From an uncultured Gammaproteobacteria bacterium (lineage in GTDB: Bacteria > Patescibacteriota > Patescibacteriia > UBA1558 > 2-01-FULL-52-15): a stretch of DNA of 64,000 nucleotides. Position 1 is the stretch's first letter. The number at the start of each line of letters is the position of its first letter. This document shows, in pieces, positions 39,854 to 48,768 of this stretch. Below the pieces are notes generated by a model. That model was not told where the DNA came from and ran no database searches. It worked only from the letters and a program-made list of their open reading frames with translations. Location: contig CAYOCJ010000001.1 in NCBI GenBank assembly GCA_964402565.1, forward strand, positions 288,079 through 352,078, written 5' to 3'. The translations under genes were made by a program, and so were the position numbers.

Positions 39854-40246
39854 TCATTCCCATGTCAGCCGTAAACTCGGTTTACCGAACTCACGGTTCA
39901 ATTCTACGGATTTCAGGCCATGGCCTGCGCCGAATCTGCGAACTTCTATGAGAAGTTGTCCCAGATGTAGCGCATCGAGACTCTGCACCATTGCCGGCAC
40001 TAGCTCGATTTTTACTGGCTTGCCCCCGTCGATGATCGCTGCATGCAGCAGACGAACGATATTGCGATAGTACTCGTCCATCAGCTGATCTTGTCGCGAG
40101 AATGTTGTGATCGTATGTCTCTCCTGATCCTCGCGTTGCACGTTGGAACGGAGATCCTGAAGATTTTTTCGAAGGTTCCTGTTTCTGAACACGAGGAGTG
40201 CACTGCCGATCACAAGGCTGATTACCGCGATCAAGAGTAGCTTCAT
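39854..40246 (-). CDS. hypothetical protein with N-terminal TM anchor
   Basis: MKLLLIAVISLVIGSALLVF. Confidence 0.45.
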   Translation of the reverse strand: MKLLLIAVISLVIGSALLVFRNRNLRKNLQDLRSNVQREDQERHTITTFSRQDQLMDEYYRNIVRLLHAAIIDGGKPVKIELVPAMVQSLDALHLGQLLIEVRRFGAGHGLKSVELNREFGKPSLRLTWE

Positions 40247-40328
40247 GAGCCGATCTCCTTGGTGAATGTTGTAAAGGTCGAGAACGTAGCAATCTACGCT
40301 GAATACTGCGGAATGTCAATAACGTGAA

Positions 40329-40358
40329 GCCGCCCCGTTTCTAACGAAACGGGGCGGC
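40329..40358 (-). terminator. perfect 13-bp hairpin GCCGCCCCGTTTC-taac-GAAACGGGGCGGC
   Basis: Immediately downstream of stop of 40365..41117 gene. Weak U-run. Confidence 0.5.
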
Positions 40359-40364
40359 AAGGGC

Positions 40365-41117
40365 TCACTCCATCTGGATCGAAGTGCACAAGCTTTCGAG
40401 TGCTACGACCATCTTTCTGCTGTCACCTTGTGCCTCATCGAGTTCATCCCAATGAGGCTTGTAGTACGCGCGTACCGGGTCGTCTTCGGGTACGTTCGGA
40501 TTTTCGTAGCAGGCACGCATGGTGGCTACCGCATAGAAGATGATCACATGCCACTGCCGAATTTTTTCCGCAGTGAGGCGGTCTTCGGAACCCATGATCA
40601 GCTTCAGGAGGTCTCGCAGTTCGTGCTTTCCGAAAACAGGGGCTTTGATTTGCGGTTCGTCGGGTTTGGTCCGTGGAAACACGAAGATATCGATCTCGAT
40701 TTCGCGGTCTCCGGGCCAGCCCAGCACGCCGAGGATGTCCGGACTGAAGTGGATGCAGGACCTCACCTGGCCTCTGCCGGGACAGGTTGTATCCATCAGA
40801 TTGTCCACGTGCATCTGCCGGACGATGGACTCCGATTTCCATGAGTCGAGAGAAGTACAAGCGATGATTCGGTTGTGCATCGGGTATATCTCCACAATGC
40901 TCTGGGTGAAGCGAACTTCGAGAGGCTCCTGCAGATCCTCGCTGTGTATCCTCGAATCCTTGCGGACCTGGAAGCCGATCGGCAGTCGCTCAAGGAGCTG
41001 TTCTGCCATTTCTCGTGAAATTCCTTCATAGAGATTGAGGACTTTGAAGATCGTCCTCTGGTCCCTCCCTCCCTGAACCAGGAAGGGCTTGAATGCCTCG
41101 TTTGTTGTCGCGCTCAT
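40365..41117 (-). CDS. hypothetical cytoplasmic protein (250 aa), no recognisable motif
   Basis: Long ORF, ~55% GC. Preceded by AT-rich promoter region 41118-41300. Confidence 0.5.
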   Translation of the reverse strand: MSATTNEAFKPFLVQGGRDQRTIFKVLNLYEGISREMAEQLLERLPIGFQVRKDSRIHSEDLQEPLEVRFTQSIVEIYPMHNRIIACTSLDSWKSESIVRQMHVDNLMDTTCPGRGQVRSCIHFSPDILGVLGWPGDREIEIDIFVFPRTKPDEPQIKAPVFGKHELRDLLKLIMGSEDRLTAEKIRQWHVIIFYAVATMRACYENPNVPEDDPVRAYYKPHWDELDEAQGDSRKMVVALESLCTSIQME

Positions 41118-41249
41118 TTTTTAAGCTCCTTTTCCAGGAAAGGTTGCGTTTTGTGATAAAGATCAAGGAAAAAGTACTATGGCACAAAATTACATAATTG
41201 TCAATATATCTGAGTAAAAAATAGTTGTCCTTGAAATAAATGATAAAAC

Positions 41250-41259
41250 TTGCTACACT
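41250..41259 (+). promoter_or_regulatory. promoter-like TTGCTACACT upstream of rpsB, followed by leader hairpin CGTCCGC-actgg-GCGGACG (41313-41331)
   Basis: Read directly. Structured rpsB leader is plausible by position only. Confidence 0.3.
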
Positions 41260-41398
41260 CATGCGGCCTGAATTCAGGCAATTAATTATTTCTCATGCTG
41301 GGTCAGCATTTCTTGAAACCCTCGTCCGCACTGGGCGGACGCGCGAGAGATGACAGCAGAGGTTCTCGCATTACGTGCGGGATATAAAGGGAACAGCT

Positions 41399-42115
41399 AT
41401 GACAAAAGACAATCAAGCGTCGGCTTTGCCCACGCTGGAAGCCATGCTCACAGCCGGCGTCCACTTCGGACATCAGAGCTCGCGCAGGCATCCGAAGTCC
41501 GCTCAGTATATTTTTACCAAGCGGAACAATGTGCATGTTATTGACCTTGAGCATACCAGGTCAAAACTGGCCGAGGCAGCAGACTTTGCCCGGCAGATCG
41601 CATCGAACGGAGGAGTGATCCTCTTCGTCGGTTCAAAGAAACAAGGACGCGATGCAGTACAGAAGGCGGCAGAACGCTGCGGCATGCCATATATAGTCGG
41701 CAGATGGATCGGAGGCATCTTCACAAACTTTGATCAGGTAGGAAAACTTATAGGCAAATTAAAACAGCTGGAAACTGAAGAAAAGGACGGCACGTGGGAA
41801 AAGTACAAGAAGAGCGAGCAGACCGCATTCCGCAAAGAAATGATGAAGCTTAGAGAATTCGTCGGCGGTATCAGCAGCATGACGAAACTCCCGAAGGCTG
41901 TATACATAGTAGATATCAAGAAAGAAAAGACCGCGGTCGCTGAAGCAAACAAAAAAAATATTCCTATCATTGCTATGACGGATACGAACGTTAACCCGGA
42001 AAAGGTGCAGTATCCGATCCCGTCGAATGACGATGCGATCAGTTCCATAGCTCTCATCACCAATTGCATCGCTGATGCAATTCTCGAAGCAAAAAGCGCT
42101 TCCCCCTCCGCTTAA
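41399..42115 (+). CDS. rpsB: 30S ribosomal protein S2
   Basis: MLTAGVHFGHQSSRRHPK S2 signature. Confidence 0.95.
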   Translation: MTKDNQASALPTLEAMLTAGVHFGHQSSRRHPKSAQYIFTKRNNVHVIDLEHTRSKLAEAADFARQIASNGGVILFVGSKKQGRDAVQKAAERCGMPYIVGRWIGGIFTNFDQVGKLIGKLKQLETEEKDGTWEKYKKSEQTAFRKEMMKLREFVGGISSMTKLPKAVYIVDIKKEKTAVAEANKKNIPIIAMTDTNVNPEKVQYPIPSNDDAISSIALITNCIADAILEAKSASPSA

Positions 42116-42164
42116 GCTACGGCGGACCTTCGGCCGGCAAATTAATATAAATACGTTAACATAT

Positions 42165-42749
42165 ATGGCAAATTTAGATTTGATCAAAAAGATCCGTGAA
42201 GCGACCGGCGCAGGCATGGTCGATGTGAAAGAGGCTCTGTCAGAAGCGAATGACAATGAAGAGAAGGCTATTGAATTGCTCCGCAAAAAAGGACAGAAAA
42301 TCGCAGCAAAGCGAGCTGAGCGAGTAACCAAGGAAGGCTTTATCGCGCATTACATTCACTCGAATGGCAAGGTAGCATCTCTCGTTGCGGTTTCCTGCGA
42401 GACTGATTTCGTGGGCCGCAACGATGACTTCCGCGCCTTTGCGAAGGAGTTAGCATTGCAGGTCGCAGCAACTGCGCCTCAGTATCTGAATCCTGATGAT
42501 GTCCCTGCTGAAGTCATTGAGAAGGAAAAGGAAATTTATAAGGAGCAGTTGAAAACTGAAGGAAAGCCTGAAGCTATGTGGGATAAGATCGCTGAAGGCA
42601 AATTGCAGAAATTTTACAGCGAGGTTTGTCTCATGAAGCAGGTTTCCATCAAGGATGATAAAAAGACTGTCGAACAGCTTCTGACCGAGCAGATCGCCAA
42701 GATTGGGGAGAATATTAAGGTCGTGAAATTCGTTTATTTTACGCTATAA
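42165..42749 (+). CDS. tsf: elongation factor Ts (short form)
   Basis: LIKKIREATGAGMVDVKEAL UBA-like N-terminus. Follows rpsB. Confidence 0.9.
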   Translation: MANLDLIKKIREATGAGMVDVKEALSEANDNEEKAIELLRKKGQKIAAKRAERVTKEGFIAHYIHSNGKVASLVAVSCETDFVGRNDDFRAFAKELALQVAATAPQYLNPDDVPAEVIEKEKEIYKEQLKTEGKPEAMWDKIAEGKLQKFYSEVCLMKQVSIKDDKKTVEQLLTEQIAKIGENIKVVKFVYFTL

Positions 42750-42775
42750 TTTTTTACCGCCTTCCCGGCGGAGGG

Positions 42776-42825
42776 GCAGGGGGCCAGGGACTCGAAGTTC
42801 CGGAGCCCGTCCCTAGGCCCCCTGC
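42776..42825 (+). repeat. long imperfect hairpin GCAGGGGGCCAGGGAC...GTCCCTAGGCCCCCTGC
   Basis: 16 paired positions with one bulge. Follows tsf and precedes the terminator. Confidence 0.5.
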
Positions 42826-42849
42826 ACCCCCATACCCTGGCACGGCTGC

Positions 42850-42890
42850 AAATATCCCGCTCCGCCAACTGGCGGAGCGGGATATTTGTT
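42850..42890 (+). terminator. tsf terminator: 17-bp perfect stem AAATATCCCGCTCCGCC-aact-GGCGGAGCGGGATATTT plus GTT
   Basis: Read directly. Confidence 0.8.
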
Positions 42891-42985
42891 CATTGACGAT
42901 GGACAATAAAACGATTATAACGTAAGAACGCGCAAAGCTTCGCTTTGCGCTGTTTTGTCCTTTTCACATCTCATGAGAGGAGGTG

Positions 42986-44293
42986 ATGACCGTGCTGATC
43001 AGCGGCAGGCTCGAGAACGGCATGTCGGTGTTCCTTTTGCCGGACAAACAGGCGTCTGCAGTTGGCATTGCGGTTATCGCCCTTGGCGGTGCCCGTGATG
43101 ATCCTCCGGGAAATCCTGCAAGCCACCGGCTCGAACACGCGATGATGCGTGCCACCAAGGCATTCCCTACTGAAGCAGAGATCACCAGGTTCTATGCCCC
43201 CTTCGCGCATCAGTTCAACGCTGAGACCAGCCACACAGCCATGCTCATGCATGGACTTGCACAGCGCAAGGATCTTGCGAAGCTCATTCGCCTGCTGGGC
43301 GAAGTCGTGGTGCATCCGAAGCTCGACGCAGATACTGTCCGTATCGAGATCGAACGCCACGATGAAGAAAGTCGTGAAGTTCGCGACTCTCGCGGTGATG
43401 CGCTCTGGGTCGATTTCGATCGCACCATGTTTCACCGTAATAACCTTCCCTGTGCCTTGTACTCTGAACCGTCCTGCGGAGCTATGCTTCAAAAAGCGTC
43501 CGCGCGGTCTCTGTTTTTTCTGCATCGAAAGCGTTTCGTCGGCCTGCGCACTGCATTGGTGATCACCGGAGGTTTCGACCCTGATGAAGCCATGCGGCTT
43601 GTCCGCTACCGTTTCTCCCCATTGAGGCGCGGATCTCCTTCCGTACCCAAAACGATTGATTTCCAGAGATTTCGCGGCGGTTCGCGAGTGATCCGCGATA
43701 ATGCAGCCGAGCAGATCAATTTCATCATCGGCTGGCCGACATTCGGCTTTTCTGACCAGCAGCGCATCGCTCTCGGCGTCCTGCGCAATCGTTTGTCCCG
43801 CGGCGCTGACTCGTATCTCAAGCTCGAGCTCGACAGCAAAGGCCGCGGCTATAGTTCGGTCGATCTGCTCTGGCTCTGGCACGATGTCGAGCAATACGCC
43901 ATCAATGTTTCGCTCGCTCCGGGCAAGCTGCTCGAAGCGCTGGGGATCATAGCGCATCATGTCAGAACGCTCCGTGCTGATCTGATCTCGAAAGAAGAAC
44001 TGGAAGGCTCGGTATCGGCCATGGCTACGCATGCTTCGCTGCAGCACCTGAACCCGATGGACCATGCAGTCTTCATGGCGAAACAGTGGGCCCATCTCGG
44101 CCGCCTCGTTCCTTCATCGGCGTATATCCGTTTGCTCCGCAAGGTGAGCAGGCAGGATATCCGGCGTGTTGCGAATGCGATCCTGGTGCATCACCGGCGC
44201 GTGATCGTTGCCCGCGGTCCTATGGGCAAGATCACGAGAAAAGATATGCTCGAGGCGCTTCGCCTGCGAAACAAGAAAGGAGGTCCTGGATGA
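42986..44293 (+). CDS. M16-family (pitrilysin/insulinase-like) zinc peptidase
   Basis: HRLEH inverzincin motif plus downstream IERHDEE glutamates. GGAGG RBS. ~60% GC. Confidence 0.75.
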   Translation: MTVLISGRLENGMSVFLLPDKQASAVGIAVIALGGARDDPPGNPASHRLEHAMMRATKAFPTEAEITRFYAPFAHQFNAETSHTAMLMHGLAQRKDLAKLIRLLGEVVVHPKLDADTVRIEIERHDEESREVRDSRGDALWVDFDRTMFHRNNLPCALYSEPSCGAMLQKASARSLFFLHRKRFVGLRTALVITGGFDPDEAMRLVRYRFSPLRRGSPSVPKTIDFQRFRGGSRVIRDNAAEQINFIIGWPTFGFSDQQRIALGVLRNRLSRGADSYLKLELDSKGRGYSSVDLLWLWHDVEQYAINVSLAPGKLLEALGIIAHHVRTLRADLISKEELEGSVSAMATHASLQHLNPMDHAVFMAKQWAHLGRLVPSSAYIRLLRKVSRQDIRRVANAILVHHRRVIVARGPMGKITRKDMLEALRLRNKKGGPG

Positions 44294-45450
44294 ACCGAAC
44301 TACCATCGTTGTCACGTTCAGCAAGATCAGTGCCTATATGACCTGTCCGCGGCAAGCATTTTTCATCTCGCAGACAGGTCTTCTTGAGCGGCGCACTGAC
44401 TACTCCAGGCTGTTCGGAACGGCGATACATGATTTCATCCACCGGGATATGTACGCTATTCCGAAAGAGCCGCGTGCTTTCCGGTTCAAGACCATTCGGT
44501 CTGCGCTGGGTGCATGGCATCGGTACTGGAACGCGGTAGTCGAAGAATCCATAGCTGGATTCGCGACTCGTTCGTCCGGCAAGGGCAAGAAGAAGGTTAC
44601 CAAGCAAGTTCCGCGGCTCGTGAATCCCAGTGCCGAACAGACCGAGAAATACATGGTCACCGGCAGGGTCTGCATCGCACAGTACTGGAAGCAGAACGTC
44701 GACCGTGCTCGGCCGATCCAGATCGAGGAGCCGTATAGCTGGCCCTTGGGGTCAGGCGTAGAACTGCGCGGCAGATTCGATCAGGTACGCGACATCCCGC
44801 TTGAGAAGATCGCACGGTTCCGCCCGGAGCTTATCCGCAACGGAGTGCTCATCCCTGGTTTCGCGCCAGTGGTCGTAGCGGATTTGAAAACCGATCGTAA
44901 TTCCTACGACTTGCGCTCCTTTCGTGAAGATCCGTCTCTGGAAGAAGAGGTCAGGCAGCAGTATCAGTTGCATGAAGGCCTGCAGGCCACGATCTACACC
45001 TTCCTGTACGAGATGCGCTACGGTGTCAAACCGGTCGGATTCGCGTGGTATCACCTGCGCAGCGGAAAGATTTTCATGACCTACCGTGATGAGCGGGATT
45101 ATCGCCGGATGGCTGAGGTCATCCGTCATTATCTCGAAAACATTGCGGCCCAGTCATTTCCGCCGAATGCAGGCAAGTACTGCGAGTATTGCGACTACCT
45201 GGAACCGTGCCGCGAGAATCGCGAGCATTTGATCGCGCGGCCCGAGACCATGGAAGGCTTAGCCGGGGAATTGCTGCAGATTCCGTCGCGCGTTGCTATT
45301 GCTTCGAAACAGCACCGCCTGAAACTCAAGGTGCCGCGAGTTCCTGCAGAGCTTCCGCAGCTCCCGAGCCTCTCACTCGACACTGTTTTCCCGCGTGCCA
45401 TTATGCTGCCAGCTACGCTGCCCTGGGCAAGCGAACTGGAAGACAAATGA
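44291..45450 (+). CDS. stand-alone Cas4/AddB-type Fe-S PD-(D/E)xK nuclease
   Basis: FSKISAYMTCPRQAFF, GTAIHDFIH, VVVADLKTDR, QYQLHEGLQATIY, C-terminal GKYCEYCDYLEPC. ATGA overlap with M16 gene. Confidence 0.7.
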
Positions 45451-45542
45451 GCATTGCATTTTCTCTCAACATGGGCCGCCCCTAACAAAGGCGGCCTTTT
45501 CTTAGAGCAGGAAAGATTATTTTTTGGTATACTGAATTCACT

Positions 45543-47045
45543 ATGGCTGATGAACAATTAAACGAGTATATCCGGCAAGCGCGTCAGTCAGGAATGAATG
45601 AGACGCAAATACGAGATGCTTTAGTTCAGGCTGGCTGGGATACCTCAACGATTCAAAATGTTTTGCAAAGTTCCGCTGTACCGAATGCTGAATGGCATGT
45701 AACGTCGAAGCCTCGGCGTCGTGTATATGTAAAAGCCTTTATTGTTTTAGCAGTTGTTCTGCTCTTTGGCGGAGGAGCATATGCTGCATATTTTTATTTT
45801 ATTCAGCCAAAGGAAGATCTGCAGACATCGAAGCAAGTTGAAGCACCAAAACAGGTCATTGCAAATCAGGCACAAGAAAACACTATACCGGAAAGCAGCG
45901 GCATAGCCAAAGTACCCGAGCCTCCGTACTATGTAGTACTAAGCGGTGAAATAGGTAAAGATACTACTGTTTCGCTGAATCCATTTTTTTTCACGACAAG
46001 CAAAGAACCTGCTTCTCAGATGGAGCCTCAGCCGGAAGCAGTGTTTACAGTCGAGATGTTAGACGGAAGCACGGTTCTCGCATCAGCTCCTATTGATGCA
46101 TTTACCTGCGCTGATATACCAGGTGATGACCAATGCTTGTCCGCAGATCATACGAATGGTTTTTTCGTTACAGCATTGTTTACTGATAAAATGCCGGATG
46201 CGCTCAGCATTAAAAAAGGTAATAAAGAAATATACCATCTTGCAGCGCAAACTACAGAATTTCCTGCGCTAGATATTTCGCAACAAGACTTAACCTCAGG
46301 TGTATTACACATAGTATGGAAACAAATACCGGTCGAGCCAAAACTTGAGTATGAAGGATATATATCTAATAATGGGTTTTCTCACACTGAGAACAGTATC
46401 GGAACCACTGTTGTTGCATATCATGATGCAAACGGTGCAGCGCTGACACGAATGCCGGATGGTACGACAAAGGACATCATCGGGGATAATGAACTGACTT
46501 TCAATACCTGGGGGGACTCGTATATGGCCGGTACCATTCAGGCTGCTGTGTATGCAACTGATGGTTTTCGAACGCGCGTGTTTTATTCTTCTGAATTTAA
46601 ACAAATGCCATATCCTGTGCACGCGAGCATCAAGTCTCCGGAAAACGGTAAGACCTATGAGCAAAATCACGTCGATCTGATGGTGAATGATTATGATGCT
46701 CAGGGCAACTATGCAGGGCCAGTTACCGGAAATACGTATACCTGGACATCAGATAAGGATGGTCAAATTGCAACCACCAAAGAAGCGACCTGTCAGTCGC
46801 TTGCGCCAGGCAATCATGTCATCACCTTGCATGTAAAAAATGAGAATGGTACAGAAGATTCTGCATCAGTTACTATAACGGTAACGACTGACACATTGTT
46901 TTGGAATCAGACCAGTGATTGTGATGACCCGTCGAAGCGAGGAGGTATGACGAAAGCACAATGTCTGAGCTACTATGCGACGGTAAAATATGAAAATGAG
47001 AAGGATTATAATGAGCGCAGAGCTAGCGGTCATATATGTGAGTAA
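45543..47045 (+). CDS. membrane-anchored surface protein with Ig/PKD-like C-terminal region
   Basis: Cytoplasmic N-terminal helical segment, TM (FIVLAVVLLFGGGAYAAYFYFI), beta-rich extracellular part (GNHVITLHVKNENGTEDSASVTITVT). Confidence 0.5.
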   Translation: MADEQLNEYIRQARQSGMNETQIRDALVQAGWDTSTIQNVLQSSAVPNAEWHVTSKPRRRVYVKAFIVLAVVLLFGGGAYAAYFYFIQPKEDLQTSKQVEAPKQVIANQAQENTIPESSGIAKVPEPPYYVVLSGEIGKDTTVSLNPFFFTTSKEPASQMEPQPEAVFTVEMLDGSTVLASAPIDAFTCADIPGDDQCLSADHTNGFFVTALFTDKMPDALSIKKGNKEIYHLAAQTTEFPALDISQQDLTSGVLHIVWKQIPVEPKLEYEGYISNNGFSHTENSIGTTVVAYHDANGAALTRMPDGTTKDIIGDNELTFNTWGDSYMAGTIQAAVYATDGFRTRVFYSSEFKQMPYPVHASIKSPENGKTYEQNHVDLMVNDYDAQGNYAGPVTGNTYTWTSDKDGQIATTKEATCQSLAPGNHVITLHVKNENGTEDSASVTITVTTDTLFWNQTSDCDDPSKRGGMTKAQCLSYYATVKYENEKDYNERRASGHICE

Positions 47046-47062
47046 GAAATTGAGTTGATGGA

Positions 47063-47096
47063 AAAGAGCAGGATCCGAAGACCCTGCTCTTTTTTG
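47063..47096. terminator. bidirectional terminator AGAGCAGG-atccgaaga-CCCTGCTCT plus TTTTTTG
   Basis: Between convergent genes. Confidence 0.75.
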
Positions 47097-47109
47097 TTCG
47101 CTAGCTGAA

Positions 47110-47430
47110 CTAGTTGCCGGCGGCTAAGGCTTTCTCGACATAGGCGTAGATTGCCTTGTCGACCTCGGGGCAGATTGCCGACCAGTCGACAACTTTCGTA
47201 CGCTCGACATGCACCTTGTAGCGCTCCACGGTGACCGACTGAACACCGTGGATGTCGAGGAGCGAACGAAGGAGATCGGTGCCCTTCGTTTCCCCTTCGC
47301 TTTCATCACGATGCATTTCGAAGATTCTCTTCTCGGAGAGAAGGAAATCCGCATGGCAATAGGCTGTCCCGCTTTCGGAAATATTCCGTTCCCAGAGAAG
47401 CTTCACTGCCTCGGCTAACTTGCTGTTCAT
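47110..47430 (-). CDS. Nfu/NifU N-terminal-domain-like small protein
   Basis: LLRSLLDIHGVQSVTVERYKVHVERTKVVDWSAICPEV resembles Nfu_N pattern. AAGGAGG RBS 9 nt before ATG 47430. Confidence 0.45.
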   Translation of the reverse strand: MNSKLAEAVKLLWERNISESGTAYCHADFLLSEKRIFEMHRDESEGETKGTDLLRSLLDIHGVQSVTVERYKVHVERTKVVDWSAICPEVDKAIYAYVEKALAAGN

Positions 47431-47582
47431 TTCGAAAGAACCTCCTTGCGCACAATAGGGAGGCGCAAACCCGTTTATCAGCAAATCCACGAGCACGCAA
47501 TTGGCCGGGGTCACTGATAAACATGAGATTAAAACATGTGGATATTAAAATGTCAATGCTTTTCATGACATGAATAGGGTTA

Positions 47583-47593
47583 TGCGCTATACT
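47583..47593 (+). promoter_or_regulatory. extended -10 promoter TGCGCTATACT upstream of gap
   Basis: Recurring motif. Imperfect palindrome ATGTCAATG...CATGACAT at 47550-47572 may be an operator. Confidence 0.4.
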
Positions 47594-47618
47594 TAGGTAT
47601 ATATTTAATACTAAACCT

Positions 47619-48635
47619 ATGCCAAAAAAACCAATCAGAATTGCGATCAATGGCTTTGGCCGTATCGGCCGAGCAGCATTCAAAATTGCTCTGAGCAAAA
47701 AAAACGTCGAGATCGTCGCTATCAACGATCTCACTGATGCGAAGACCTTAGCGCATCTGTTGAAGTATGACAGTGTTTTTAGAACCTACGGTAAAGAAGT
47801 AGGTTCCGGTAAAGGGTATATTACTGTCGATAAGAAAAAATATCCGATCTATGCCATTCCTGATCCCGCGAAGTTGCCGTGGAAGAAACTTAAAGTCGAT
47901 GTGGTACTCGAATGCACCGGTCGCCTCGATGAAGGTGATGCGTCAGCAGTACACCTGAAAGCAGGAGCGCGGAAAGCAGTGGTGTCAGCGCCAGTGAAAG
48001 GCGGCTCTGCGCAGAATTTGCTGTTCGGCGTGAATGATCATGAGTATGATCCGAAGAATAACATTGTCTCGAATGCATCCTGTACCACGAATTGCATCGC
48101 GCCGGTCGCCCAGATCATCAGCGATAAATTCGGCATCAAGAAAGCCATGATGACGACCATTCACTCCTATACTCAGGACCAGCGTTTGCATGATGCGCCG
48201 CATGATGATTTGCGCCGTGCCAGGGCTGCAGCGCAGAATATGGTTCCGACAACGACCGGCGCTGCTATTGCCACCGGCAAAGTTATACCAGAGCTTAACG
48301 GACTCTTCGACGGACTTTCGATCCGCGTGCCAACCATTGATGTGTCGCTTTCAGATTTCACGTTCCTGGTGAAGAAAAAGGCAACAGTGAAAGAAGTAAA
48401 TCGTATCTTGACCGTTGCTTCGAAGTCGCCGCGCTATCATGGTATTCTGGATGTCACTGATCAGCCTCTGGTTTCCTCAGATTTCATCGGCAACCCCCAT
48501 TCAAGCATCGTTGATCTATCGCTTACGAAGGTCGTGGATGATACCATGGTTAAGGTCATCGCCTGGTATGATAATGAATGGGGCTATTCGAATCGCCTGG
48601 TTGATATGGCCGTTCTCGTCGGCTCATCAAAATAA
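47619..48635 (+). CDS. gap: glyceraldehyde-3-phosphate dehydrogenase
   Basis: INGFGRIGR NAD-binding motif, ASCTTNC catalytic cysteine. Confidence 0.95.
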   Translation: MPKKPIRIAINGFGRIGRAAFKIALSKKNVEIVAINDLTDAKTLAHLLKYDSVFRTYGKEVGSGKGYITVDKKKYPIYAIPDPAKLPWKKLKVDVVLECTGRLDEGDASAVHLKAGARKAVVSAPVKGGSAQNLLFGVNDHEYDPKNNIVSNASCTTNCIAPVAQIISDKFGIKKAMMTTIHSYTQDQRLHDAPHDDLRRARAAAQNMVPTTTGAAIATGKVIPELNGLFDGLSIRVPTIDVSLSDFTFLVKKKATVKEVNRILTVASKSPRYHGILDVTDQPLVSSDFIGNPHSSIVDLSLTKVVDDTMVKVIAWYDNEWGYSNRLVDMAVLVGSSK

Positions 48636-48640
48636 AAGAA

Positions 48641-48678
48641 GGGGAGGGAGTTGGTTGTGCGCCAGCTCCCTCCTTTGT
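48641..48678 (+). terminator. gap terminator GGGAGGGAG...CTCCCTCC plus TTTGT
   Basis: Read directly. Confidence 0.7.
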
Positions 48679-48768
48679 ATCGAGTCCGCAGGCCTTAGCG
48701 GGGTGAAACATTGCCTGCGCGGTTCTTCTATCATAGTAACATGTTGTAATATTTGGTAAAGTACAAAC

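Noticed and set aside
42971-44095. 374-aa minus-strand ORF
   Set aside because: Antisense to the M16 peptidase gene, which has HxxEH. Typical GC-rich shadow ORF.
47550-47572. ATGTCAATG...CATGACAT imperfect palindrome upstream of gap as a CggR/Rex operator
   Set aside because: Arms differ by one indel and no known operator consensus matches. Mentioned only within the promoter feature.
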